Source: a bacterium (GTDB lineage Bacteria; UBA8248). From it: a stretch of DNA of 64,000 nucleotides. Shown one piece after another: positions 40,658-50,243 of this stretch (positions are counted from its first letter, which is position 1; each line of letters opens with the position of its first letter). Made by a program: the position numbers and the translations under genes. The notes beneath the pieces were generated by a model, which saw nothing but the letters and a program-made list of their open reading frames with translations, had not been told where the DNA came from and ran no database searches. Location: NCBI GenBank assembly GCA_965204535.1, contig OZ241996.1:1376001-1440000 (forward strand), in the 5' to 3' direction.

Positions 40658-40901
40658 GGGTTGTTGAAAAAGCCCTGATGAAAGAGGTATTTGTTCCGTA
40701 GTGGGCCGTTTTCGTGAACGGCCCACGTTCGTGAACGGCCCTTGCCGGAGAAACGGGCGCTTCGAGAAGCGCCCATACGGCACCCTTTTAGGGAGATCAC
40801 AACACCTGTCATTCCGACTTTCGCCGGAATGACGGCCAAAACCCGAAACCGGACGGAGGCGAAGGTGTCACTCCTCCTTGATGACTTTTTCACCAACCCC
40901 C
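40657..40901. mobile_element. composite element E: terminal inverted repeats enclosing GTAG-like and CGTC-type palindromes
   Basis: ggggttgttgaaaaagcc ... ctttttcaccaaccccc; internal gtagtgggccgtt..aacggccc, gggcgcttcgagaagcgcccatac, gtcattccgactttcgccggaatgacgg. Confidence 0.72.
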
Positions 40902-41021
40902 ATAGTCTGAAGTTCAGAACGGGGTTATATTTCCGTCAGTTAGCCAACTTGCAAAAGCCGGAAAAATCCTTTACAAAATTCTGAGAGGTCTGCCGCTTAG
41001 CCGTTTCTCCACGGGGATGAC

Positions 41022-41708
41022 ATGAAAAGACTCAAGATCCTGATTCTCGGGATGCATCTGTTTCCCCTCTGCGTAGTCACATCCGCCGCCCCAGAAGAAA
41101 GATTTCTCGTCGAAATGAGGGCAATATCCGGTCAGCCCCACATCGTTTTTTCGCGCGGCAGAAAAGTTTTCCTGAGAGGCAAACGCGCAATGCTCCCCGG
41201 CGATCACATCGTCACGAGCGCGAGCTCGCGGGCGCTCGTTCATTTTCGGCGGCGTCCGGGTTGCGAGCTCGTGGTGGAGCCGAACACTTCCTTCGAGTTA
41301 GTGGGCATGAAGCGGGGCGGCGCGTATGCCGCGAGACTGAACAGGGGCACGGTGAAGTGCGGTAAAGCGTCCTGCGGGCTGAGCTTGAGCGTAATGACGC
41401 CCGCGGGAGTGGTGCGCGGCAAGGGGGTAGAGTTCGCCCTGAAAGCCTACAGGCACTTCACCACCGTGACCCTCAAAAAAGGGCGAATGCGCCTGCTGGT
41501 CGGCGGACAAGCCGTCCCGTTGCGCGAGATGACGCGCACAACGGTTTCAAGAACGGGGGGCCACCGCATCGCTACGATATACGGCGGTCCCTCCCGGGTA
41601 CCCAGCCTCTTCTCCCCCCTTCCCCTTCCCGGAATTTCCCCCGCTCATTCGAAACGTCGTTTCCGAGACAAATACATTTCCCCGGCATCGGTGACGCGAA
41701 GCCCTTGA
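41022..41708 (+). CDS. secreted FecR-domain protein
   Basis: Signal peptide; PGDHIVT..SSRALVHF, LVVEPNT.F, TPAG..RG.G.EF, V.LKKG FecR-like strands. Confidence 0.65.
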   Translation: MKRLKILILGMHLFPLCVVTSAAPEERFLVEMRAISGQPHIVFSRGRKVFLRGKRAMLPGDHIVTSASSRALVHFRRRPGCELVVEPNTSFELVGMKRGGAYAARLNRGTVKCGKASCGLSLSVMTPAGVVRGKGVEFALKAYRHFTTVTLKKGRMRLLVGGQAVPLREMTRTTVSRTGGHRIATIYGGPSRVPSLFSPLPLPGISPAHSKRRFRDKYISPASVTRSP

Positions 41709-41827
41709 CGAAAGCAACGCTTAAGCCTTACTACATAGCCTGACATATTTCTTTCGCCGAGAACCCGGCGCGGTTCGGCCTGCTCGCCCGACGCGACCGG
41801 GCCTTTTGCGAAAACATTTCTTTCGGT

Positions 41828-41904
<77 letters not shown>

Positions 41905-41955
41905 TTTTTACCCATCACCGATGTTCGGATGGCGCATCCGGCGAGGAGGCGAGAG

Positions 41956-42864
41956 GTGGAGCTTGGTTTCATCGGCTTGGGAAGGATGGGAAGCGAAATT
42001 TGCGCCCATCTCATTCGCGCCGGTCATGAGGTAACGGCTTACGACGTCCGGGAGGAAGCCACGCTGGAAGCCGGGAACAAAGGCGCGCGCCCGGGACGCA
42101 GCCCGGCGAACGTGGCTTCGCGCTCGGAAATCATTTTCACGTCTTTGCCGCACCCGAACATATCGCGCGAGGTGATTCTGGGTGAGGAGGGAATTCTGGC
42201 GGGTACGCGCGAAGGCGCGCTTCTGGCGGAGACGAGCACCGTCTCCCCTTCCCTCATTCAGGAACTGGCCCCGGTGGTGAAAGCGCAAGGGGCCGAGTTG
42301 ATGGATGCCGCCGTGAGCGGCGGCGTGCAGGGGGCGCAGGCGGGCACCCTCACCCTCATGGTGGGCGGCGGCGAGGAGGGCTTCGAGAGGCTCAAGCCCC
42401 TGCTCGCGCATTTCGGAAAGAACATCTTTCACTGCGGTGGGTCCGGCATGGGCATGTTGTTCAAGGTCGTGAACAACATGCTCTCGCACGTGAACCTCGC
42501 GGCGCTGACCGAGGCCATGGCCCTGGGCGTCGCGGCGGGGGCCGACCCCGATTTGCTCTGCGACGTCATCGCCGTCAGTTCGGGCCGCAGCCGCCAGGTG
42601 GAGGACCGGCTCAGAAAGCACATCCTGCCGGGGGAGTTCACGCCCGGCATGACGACCGACCTCGCGACGAAAGACTCCGACCTGTGCCTCGATCTGGCCC
42701 GCGAGCTTCGCGTTCCCACCTTCATCGCAAGCGCGACGCACCACGTCTATGAAATGGCGATTCAGAGAGGATACGGGGCCGAAGAATACGCCTCGCTCAT
42801 CAAACTCTGGGAGGAATGGCTGGACATCGAGGTGCGCTCTCCCGGCGCCGGGAGGGATTCCTGA
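41956..42864 (+). CDS. 3-hydroxyisobutyrate/tartronate-semialdehyde reductase-family NAD(P)-dependent oxidoreductase
   Basis: LGFIGLGRMG, STVSP, DAAVSGG..GA..GTLTLMVGG, KVVNN, KD; GTG start with RBS. Confidence 0.92.
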   Translation: MELGFIGLGRMGSEICAHLIRAGHEVTAYDVREEATLEAGNKGARPGRSPANVASRSEIIFTSLPHPNISREVILGEEGILAGTREGALLAETSTVSPSLIQELAPVVKAQGAELMDAAVSGGVQGAQAGTLTLMVGGGEEGFERLKPLLAHFGKNIFHCGGSGMGMLFKVVNNMLSHVNLAALTEAMALGVAAGADPDLLCDVIAVSSGRSRQVEDRLRKHILPGEFTPGMTTDLATKDSDLCLDLARELRVPTFIASATHHVYEMAIQRGYGAEEYASLIKLWEEWLDIEVRSPGAGRDS

Positions 42865-42926
42865 AATTCGCCGCAGAAGCCTCCCGTGAGATTCACAAGC
42901 CCTCGCCCGCCGCAACGTGAAGGACG

Positions 42927-43487
42927 ATGAAAATGACACCGGAAGAGATGTTCGATGAGGCTTTCGATTCGGCTTTCGAGGACAGGAAAAACCTGATCGC
43001 CTTTCTGGAGGGAATAGACACCGCCCACGTGCACTGGCGGCCTCCCGACGGCGAGTGGTCCCTGCACCAGAATCTCGAGCACATCCTTTTGACGGACGCG
43101 TATTACGCGCGCTTCATCGAGAAGAGGCTCGCCGAAGCGGCGGAGTCCGGCTCGTGGGATACGGCTCCCGACAACCCCGAGAAGATGAGCCGCGAAGCAT
43201 TAAGACGCCGGGAGCAGGGATATGTTCCGGCGCCCGATTTTTTAATCCCGAAGGGCGAAGGCGATTTCCGCGAGATGATCACCAAACTCACCCCCAACAG
43301 GGAGGCGGTTCACCGGATGATGCTCCCCCACCGTAGCACCGACATGAGCCGCTATATGCATGAGCATTTTCGCTACGGCGACCTCAACATCTACGACCGC
43401 ATCGTCTACTCGGGCACGCACGACTATCTCCATCAGGACCAGATGACGCGCGTCCTCCAGGTGCCGGGCTACCCGGGAAGCGGATGA
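42927..43487 (+). CDS. DinB/YfiT-family protein (thiol S-transferase-like superfamily)
   Basis: RP.DGEWS..Q.LEH and HDYLHQDQM, consistent with the three-His metal site. Confidence 0.82.
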   Translation: MKMTPEEMFDEAFDSAFEDRKNLIAFLEGIDTAHVHWRPPDGEWSLHQNLEHILLTDAYYARFIEKRLAEAAESGSWDTAPDNPEKMSREALRRREQGYVPAPDFLIPKGEGDFREMITKLTPNREAVHRMMLPHRSTDMSRYMHEHFRYGDLNIYDRIVYSGTHDYLHQDQMTRVLQVPGYPGSG

Positions 43488-43521
43488 TAAGACCACCCTC
43501 AACATCTCCCGGAATCCGTCG

Positions 43522-44921
43522 ATGAGCGACTGGACGATTACGTCGCTGCAAGACGCCTACCGCGCCGGTGAGGTTTCTCCCGTCGAAGTCGTCGACGACG
43601 CCCTCGCCCTCATCAAAAAATGGAACCTCAAGCTTCGGGCCTATCTGCACGTCAGCGAAAGGGAGATGCGCAGGGCGGCACGGGAATCCGAGCGAAGGTT
43701 CCGCTTCGGCGATGAACTCGGGCCCCTCGACGGGGTTCCCGTGGCCTACAAGGACCTCTGCCATATCCCGGAAACGCCCACGACTTGCGGAAGCGTGATG
43801 TTCGAAGACGATCCGCCCGCCGATGCGGTATCGAGCGTCTGGAAGCGCCTCGACGAGGCCGGAACCGTCAACATGGGGAAACTCAACATGGCGGAACTCG
43901 CCATGGGGCCGACGGGACGCAACAAGCATTTCGGCGACCCGCAGAATCCCTGGAAACAGGGTTACGTTACGGGCGGTTCGAGCAGCGGGTCGGGGTGCGC
44001 GGTGGCCGGGGGGATGGCGCTGGCCGCGATCGGCACGGACACGGGCGGCTCCATCCGGCTGCCTGCGGCGTTTTGCGGCGTGGTGGGCCTGAAGCCCACG
44101 AACGGCCGCGTGAGCAGACATGGGGGGATGCCGCTCTCCTGGACGCTCGACACCTTCGGCCCGCTCACGCGAACGGTGGCGGACAACGCGCTGGTGCTCA
44201 CAGCCATTGCGGGCGCGGACCCGCAGGACGGAAGCGCGAGCACGCGGCCCGTGCCCGATTACACCGAAGCGCTCGGCGAGAGCATCGAGGGTGCTTGCGT
44301 GGGTGTTCTCGAAGGCGCGGCGTTGGGCGGCGTTTCCGGGGAGGTGCAGACAGCTTATGAGGATGTGTGCAATGCGCTCGAACGCCTGGGTGCTTGCCTC
44401 GTCCCGATGCCGCCTCCCCATGCGGAAGAGCTCGAAGAACTCGCCAACACGATCTTCAAGTACGAGGCGCTGATGATACACGGCGAGCGTCTGGAGAAAT
44501 ACGCGGATAAGGTGACCCCGGAAATTCTGGCGCGCCTGGAAGCCGGGCGCGGGGTTCATTCTGCCGAATACCGCGCCGCGCTCGCGAGGCGCGAGGAGTT
44601 GATTCGCTCTTACGCACGCGAGGTGTTCTCCGCCGTGGACGTTCTGCCGGCCCGACGACGCCCGTGCCCGCGCCCTCGCACGCGCAGGCGCGCACCGAAG
44701 CCGAGGGGCTGATCGCCTCCCTCACGCGCTTCACGCGTTGGGTCAACACCCTGGGTGCGCCCGCCATATCCCTGCCCTGGGGGTTTTCGGGAGACGGACT
44801 GCCGCTCGCAGTCCAGTTCGTCGGTCCTCACTTCAGCGAAGGCGCGCTCTACAGAATCGCCCACGCCCTGGAGGAGGAAAGCGGGGGGTGGTCGAGGTCT
44901 CCTGATTTCGCGTCGTTTTGA
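43522..44921 (+). pseudogene. amidase-signature (GatA-like) enzyme with a single-base frameshift near 44646
   Basis: GVPVAYKD, GGSSSGS, GTDTGGSIRLPA in one frame; conserved C-terminus (GPTTPVPAP ... NTLGAPAISLP ... LPLAVQFVG) continues in the -1 frame to 44921. Confidence 0.82.
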
Positions 44922-45078
44922 TGTGGCTTGAGCGCATCGCTAGATGCGTCATGGCGGGGCGCAAGGACCGGGCCGGTTGGATTCGTACACCGCTGGTTTG
45001 CTCGCGCCCCGGAGTGGGCGCGCTCTCCTCGTCCTACCCAGCCGCGCATCGACCTCACCCCGAGCAGTGTTCCCCTTC

Positions 45079-45394
45079 CCTCACCCTGAGTAGCGGCCCC
45101 TCGACTTCACTCGGGACAGGGCTCCGCCCTCCACTTTCCTCATCCTGAGTAGCCGCCGAAGGCGGCGTATCGAAGGATGCCTCTCGCACGCCGGGAGCCG
45201 CCTGCCATCCTTCGATACAAACGCTCCTTCATCAGTCGCGCTTGACCTACGCGCCTACTCAGGATGAGGGTGTCAGGACTTCTGCGAAGCCTGCTGCCGT
45301 AACCGGGTTTTCAACAGCCCCGCACATGTCCTTTACATCTTTCATAGTTGCAAAATCAGCTGCCGTAACCGGGTTTTCAACAGCCCCGCACATG
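45079..45394. repeat. composite element F: CCTCA(T/C)CCTGAG palindromes plus duplicated right terminal repeat
   Basis: 20 nt ccctcaccctgagtagcggc identical to element C; cctcatcctgagtag..gtatcgaaggatg (45138) pairs with catccttcgatac..ctactcaggatgagg (45206-45269); gggttttcaacagcccc occurs twice. Confidence 0.72.
45293..45394 (+). repeat. perfect 36-bp direct repeat x2 separated by 30 bp
   Basis: gctgccgtaaccgggttttcaacagccccgcacatg at 45293-45328 and 45359-45394. Confidence 0.9.
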
Positions 45395-45453
45395 CGTCCC
45401 TTTGCTTTTGATCGTCATTCCGGCAAACACTCCCGATTGCGGGAAGGAACAAC

Positions 45454-45473
45454 AACCCCGCGAGGGGTTTTTT
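45454..45473 (+). terminator. possible Rho-independent terminator
   Basis: aacccc-gcga-ggggtt followed by T run. Confidence 0.45.
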
Positions 45474-45650
45474 CAACCCGAAAAGCGAGAGTTCCAGGGC
45501 GCATTTGCCCGTATTTGAGGGACGCGCACAGGAGGGAATTTCGGTATGATGGCGAAGCCGCTCGCTTCGTCCGGGAATATGGAATTTCCGAAAAATTCGA
45601 TAAAATCAGATAAATTCACGGTGTTTTTCGATAAATTGCTGAAAATTTTC

Positions 45651-45690
45651 GAGGGGAAATGCGGGGCGCTGCGGGGAAATGCGGGGGTGA
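45651..45690 (+). repeat. 10-bp G-tract tandem repeat x4 (G-quadruplex motif)
   Basis: gaggggaaat gcggggcgct gcggggaaat gcgggggtga. Confidence 0.7.
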
Positions 45691-45819
45691 AAATCTCCCT
45701 TCCGCAGAAACACCGTGAGGATAACACGCTCCGGCAGGTGCCTGCGTGACGGCAAATGCGGGGAATTGCGCCGTGGAACTTGCGAGGTCTTATCAATGTC
45801 GATTCTGGACATCATGGTC

Positions 45820-45832
45820 TAAATAGTTGATA
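45820..45832 (-). promoter_or_regulatory. putative IHF binding site
   Basis: TAAATAGTTGATA is the reverse complement of WATCAANNNNTTR. Confidence 0.4.
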
Positions 45833-45914
45833 TGTAGGCTTATGCGAGATATTCAGGAGGGATATGCGTTTGACGGCAATGCGCAGGCCCGGGCGCGCGG
45901 CGAGAGGGTGAATC

Positions 45915-47777
45915 CTATGAGGTCCCCTCTTCGGCTTGTTTCTCTTTCTCCCAATCTTTCAATGACTTGGGTAGCTTGTCTTCATTCCATTTCCTTGTGA
46001 TTCGGTAGACCTTCCCGCCCTCTCGCAGGTAGAAGAACTCGGAGCCCGCCTTCTCCGCGAAGCGATACGGTCCCCACGCGCCGTGGCGGACGTCCTTTCC
46101 CGAGAGCTCGACGATAAAGTCTTTGAAATCAGGCGCTTCGCCGGGTTTCGCCTCTCCTTCCCGCTCGAAATCCCGGAGTGCCCCGATGAGGTCTTCCACG
46201 TTGCCCGACTCCGCTTCCATCCCCTCGGGAGAGACGAATCGCCAGGCTTGGCCGAAGCGCTCGAGCTTCATCGAGGTATTGTTCGGGAAACGCGCCGTAA
46301 CTTCTGTAATTTCAGTATCTTTCGCGTACCTGAGCAAGCGCCGCTCGCTCAGGAAATAGGGCGTCTTCGTAATCTTGTCATAATCTTCTTTCTTGAGGGC
46401 GAATATGCGTTTCTCTCCCCGGATTCGGCCGTACGCTCTTTTCTCCTCCTTGAGAAAGCGCCCGATAATCAAGTACTTATCCTCAAGCGGCCCATCTTCT
46501 TTCTTCCGCAGCCAGATAGTGTAGCGAAGCGGCGCGCCCTCCCCGTCGGCCCGCGCAAGGCCGTATTTCGACAAGTCGTCTCCAGGGTCATCCACGTAGT
46601 CAATCGAATTGATCCACTTGATGTCCCACATGAGGTCATCCACGTGCTTGTGGCGGCCGATGAGATTTTCCTCCTTCCCATCCGCCCCTATGACGTGGAG
46701 GTCCCACTTCTTTTTCGCCTTTCGGACGATGTTTAGTTTTTGAGCGTCCGATTCAATCAAGATGCGCTTGACGTGGTCGACGTCATAATCAATGACGGTT
46801 TTGTGTCGTAAGGAAAATACGGATTTCGGCAAGTCCTTGACCGTTTTTTCATTGATGAGCATTACGGGGCCGCCGGAGAGCCTCCTGGCGTAATAATACG
46901 CTTTTGGTTTTTTCTGGCCGCTCTTCGGCACGGGCGCCTCTACTTTTCTGTCGCCCAGGATGACGCCGTCTGCGGGTTTTTGCTTGTCCTCAGTGAAAAT
47001 ACGCACAGTGAGTCCTGGTTTATCCAGACCGTAAGGAGCGAGATTCTTCGGCTTTTCCTCAACGAATCTTTGCACCTTGTCCCATCTGAGAGTAGATACG
47101 ATGCCCTCCGAATCAATGGCGTCGGCCCTGTCCTCGATGGGCTTGACCAGCGCCCACTTGTCTTTGCTCTTGCGGACGACGGTGAAACCGCTGCCGTCTT
47201 GAGGCTCGACAATCACCTTTTGCGCGCTTTCGGGCATCACGGGAACGATCGATCTGTCCCGAATGCTGAATACCGTTTTATCGAATTCGGCGATGTCGGA
47301 AAGCTGGAGGGTAAAGATTTCCGGGACCTTCGCCAGAGCGGCATACCGGAACTCGCGCGTGGGGGTTCTGTCCCCAATCTCGACGGAAATATCGTCCTTG
47401 TCTTTCAGCCCAAACGTAATTTTCATCTTGGGCTTGTCCATTCCAAACTCCGCTCTGTCTTTTACGTCTCCGATGCGCCGACGTTCGCGGAGTTTCGTCG
47501 CCGCTTCCAGGAGTCTTTCGAGCGCATCGGAATCGACGGCAGCGTCAACGGGTTTAACGAAACGCCACCCTTTCTCCGTCCGGATAATCTGGTATGGTTC
47601 TTCTTCTCTCGTTACGTCGATTCTTATCAGCGCCTTCTCGTCAATTCCTTTCAGGAGCTTGACCTTGCGCTCCTCGGCCTCGCGCTCCTCGGCCGCCCAT
47701 TTCACGTCGTAGACGTAGTACGCGCCACCCAGGACCACCAAGACCAATAGTAATATGAGATTTTTCTTGGGGTTCAC
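45915..47777 (-). CDS. DUF4340-domain membrane-anchored protein (about three repeats)
   Basis: N-terminal TM helix; repeated W.(F/L)V.P...(A/D)D and (Y/F)G(L/M)D.P motifs; last gene of gldA/F/G-like operon. Confidence 0.78.
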   Translation of the reverse strand: MNPKKNLILLLVLVVLGGAYYVYDVKWAAEEREAEERKVKLLKGIDEKALIRIDVTREEEPYQIIRTEKGWRFVKPVDAAVDSDALERLLEAATKLRERRRIGDVKDRAEFGMDKPKMKITFGLKDKDDISVEIGDRTPTREFRYAALAKVPEIFTLQLSDIAEFDKTVFSIRDRSIVPVMPESAQKVIVEPQDGSGFTVVRKSKDKWALVKPIEDRADAIDSEGIVSTLRWDKVQRFVEEKPKNLAPYGLDKPGLTVRIFTEDKQKPADGVILGDRKVEAPVPKSGQKKPKAYYYARRLSGGPVMLINEKTVKDLPKSVFSLRHKTVIDYDVDHVKRILIESDAQKLNIVRKAKKKWDLHVIGADGKEENLIGRHKHVDDLMWDIKWINSIDYVDDPGDDLSKYGLARADGEGAPLRYTIWLRKKEDGPLEDKYLIIGRFLKEEKRAYGRIRGEKRIFALKKEDYDKITKTPYFLSERRLLRYAKDTEITEVTARFPNNTSMKLERFGQAWRFVSPEGMEAESGNVEDLIGALRDFEREGEAKPGEAPDFKDFIVELSGKDVRHGAWGPYRFAEKAGSEFFYLREGGKVYRITRKWNEDKLPKSLKDWEKEKQAEEGTS

Positions 47778-49462
47778 CGCAGTTGCCTTCTCCTGACGTA
47801 GACGGCGGCTCCGATGAGGATGATGAACAACGGCATGACCCAGACGGTGAACAAGTGAACGAACCGCCCTTCCCCGCCGGCCAATACGAGAGGTTCGCCC
47901 GTACGGCTTTTGGGACGAATGCTGATCAGGTCTTTCTCGCCGCCGAGCCAGTTCACGGTGTTGAGCACGAGATTTACATTGCCCTGGGTGCCGATGAAAG
48001 CATCGCTCGCAAAATCGGCATCCCCGAACACGACAATCCGGGCTTCGTTCTTATCGTTGGTTTTCTTATTGGAGACAGGTGTTTTCGAATCATCGGGAGA
48101 GCCCTGCCCCTGCGCAAGCTTGTAAAGATCGAGCGTGACGGTGACGGCGGCTCCTATCGGCACAGGGCCATCTTTCCTGGTTTTCGGATCGAAGTGAAGT
48201 TGCCCGTTTTGGATGCCGACGCTCTCGACAGTAAAGCTCCCGGCACCCGTTTTGACCAACTCTTCGGAATGAAGCCCCGCCTTGGGCATACCCTTGGCGG
48301 AGACCTTTCTCACCGTTGGAAATACAGTAGCGAAACCCTTCAATTGCCTGGTGATTTCGTGCAGTCCGTAATTGACGGCGAACGGCGTGATGATATTTCC
48401 ACCCGCCAATTCAAAACGAACGGATTCGGGGTCGACGACGAAAGACTGGGGAATTTCGAACCCGTATCTCTCCAGGAGCGCAGTCAGACGCCCCGGCTGC
48501 ATATCGGGCTCCAGCAAAACGAGGAGTCTTCCGCCGGATTTGATGTAATCGTCGATATACTTGATCTCGGTTTCTTCCAACTCTTTTTTGGGGGCCGCGA
48601 TAATCAACATGCTGGCGTTATCGGGCACGCCCTTTTTTCTGAGCAGCAGGAGTTCCTCCACCTGGTAGTTGTCATCCCGCATGCCGATGGCCAGCGCCCT
48701 CATCGCCTCGCGTCCCTGCCCTGTGAACAGGCGTTCTCCATGGCCTGTGAGGTAATATACGCGTTTTTGCTCGGATTGGATGGTTTTCAGTATCGCATTG
48801 GCGATCGCGTTTTCTGAAAGCTCGAATATCTTTTCCGATCGGAAGGTCGATTTCTTCTCCTGTCCAGCGGAATTCGATTTGTTCTGTTTCTCGGCTTCTT
48901 CTTTGTTGAAATGGTGAACCACGACCAATGTGCCATAGGCGTCTACGTCATACTTCTTGGCGGTTCGCGGGGAGGCGTCCAGGTCCAGAAACCGGTAAGA
49001 GACTTGTTGCGAAGTCCGGGTATATTGCTCCAAAATTTCCGTTATCGCAGGTTGTTCGAGTTTGCGGGTGAAGGCGATGATTTCGATCCGCCTTTTTTCT
49101 CTATCGAGTTTGTTCAACAGGTTCATGGTTTTCGCGGACAAGCTGTAGAAATTTCCAGGCGTGACGTCCCAACGCTTGAAGTGTTTCACGCTCACTAGTT
49201 CAACGACAACCAAAATAGCTGTCACCACAACGACCATGAGCGCGACCTGTATGCCCGTTCTGGTCGAGCGGAGCCGAATGCCGCCTTGGAGCTCGCGGCG
49301 TGAAATCCACACCGTATACGCGAAACAAACGATTCCCAGGGCGATGGTAGCGTACGCCCATCGGGGAGGATCGGAAAACTGGTCATGCCCGGCCCAGCCG
49401 GATATGCCAATCAGCAATAAGGCGGCTGAGGCGATGAACAAGTAAAGGTTTCTGTTTTCCAT
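47774..49462 (-). CDS. GldG-family ABC transporter auxiliary component
   Basis: TM helices, RWD.T...YSLS.KT, VYYLTGHGE, LIIAAP, YIKSGGRLLVL, IVVFGDADF, N.VNWL, C-terminal TM helix. Confidence 0.85.
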   Translation of the reverse strand: MENRNLYLFIASAALLLIGISGWAGHDQFSDPPRWAYATIALGIVCFAYTVWISRRELQGGIRLRSTRTGIQVALMVVVVTAILVVVELVSVKHFKRWDVTPGNFYSLSAKTMNLLNKLDREKRRIEIIAFTRKLEQPAITEILEQYTRTSQQVSYRFLDLDASPRTAKKYDVDAYGTLVVVHHFNKEEAEKQNKSNSAGQEKKSTFRSEKIFELSENAIANAILKTIQSEQKRVYYLTGHGERLFTGQGREAMRALAIGMRDDNYQVEELLLLRKKGVPDNASMLIIAAPKKELEETEIKYIDDYIKSGGRLLVLLEPDMQPGRLTALLERYGFEIPQSFVVDPESVRFELAGGNIITPFAVNYGLHEITRQLKGFATVFPTVRKVSAKGMPKAGLHSEELVKTGAGSFTVESVGIQNGQLHFDPKTRKDGPVPIGAAVTVTLDLYKLAQGQGSPDDSKTPVSNKKTNDKNEARIVVFGDADFASDAFIGTQGNVNLVLNTVNWLGGEKDLISIRPKSRTGEPLVLAGGEGRFVHLFTVWVMPLFIILIGAAVYVRRRQLR

Positions 49463-49466
49463 GTTC

Positions 49467-50243
49467 CTAGCCTCTCCACCTGTAGTACTCAAGCGACCTG
49501 AGCACGAGGAAGCCACATAGGAGGTTGATGTTGACGAGATAAATAATGTCGCGCGTGTCAATGATGCCCCGAATGAAATTTCGCAAGTGCATACCCAACG
49601 AAAGATGCCTGAGAATCGAAGACAAGGGCTCGCTGGCCGCTATCGCGAGAGCTTCCACCAGGAAAGTTGCGAGAAGTATCATGAAGGCAATCATGGCTGC
49701 GACGATCTGGTTCGAAGTCCATGAACTGGCCAAAAGGCCAACCGAAAGGAACGCCATGCCCGTCAATACCGTCCCCAGATAGGCCGAGGACACGATGGTC
49801 CAATCCACCTTGACGAAAGCACTCAGAATAATCGGATATACAAGAGTAATCGCCAGCATTATCAAATAAATGAACAAAACGGAGAGGTATTTCCCGGCGA
49901 ACAATTGTCCGTTACGCAGCGGGAGGGTGAGCATCAACTCTATGGTTCCCTGCTTTTTCTCTTCACTGAACAGGCGCATTGAAAGCAAGGGAGCGACGAA
50001 CAAGAGAATCACGGTGACGCTGGAAAAAACCGGTTCCAGAACGGCGGAAGTCGGCGTGATGTTGTATTGAGCGGCTGCCTGGGGGTTTCTGGCCAACTGC
50101 ATGGAAAGGTTGGCATAGGATAGAAAAGCGCCGGAATAGAAAAATCCCATCAATACCGTCCAAGCAGCGAGGATCACATAAGCGATAGGCGAGAAGAAAA
50201 ACGAGGCGAGTTCGCGTCGGCATATATAAAAGGTGTTATGCAT
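49467..50243 (-). CDS. GldF-like ABC-2 permease
   Basis: RELASFFFSPIAY, PLLSMRLFSEEKKQGTIELMLT.P, SSWTSNQIVA, GIIDTRD. Confidence 0.88.
   Translation of the reverse strand: MHNTFYICRRELASFFFSPIAYVILAAWTVLMGFFYSGAFLSYANLSMQLARNPQAAAQYNITPTSAVLEPVFSSVTVILLFVAPLLSMRLFSEEKKQGTIELMLTLPLRNGQLFAGKYLSVLFIYLIMLAITLVYPIILSAFVKVDWTIVSSAYLGTVLTGMAFLSVGLLASSWTSNQIVAAMIAFMILLATFLVEALAIAASEPLSSILRHLSLGMHLRNFIRGIIDTRDIIYLVNINLLCGFLVLRSLEYYRWRG

Noticed and set aside
45293-45460. CRISPR array (36-bp repeat, 30-bp spacer)
   Set aside because: Only two repeats, no convincing third unit, no cas genes in the window, and the repeat contains the terminal repeat of the composite elements
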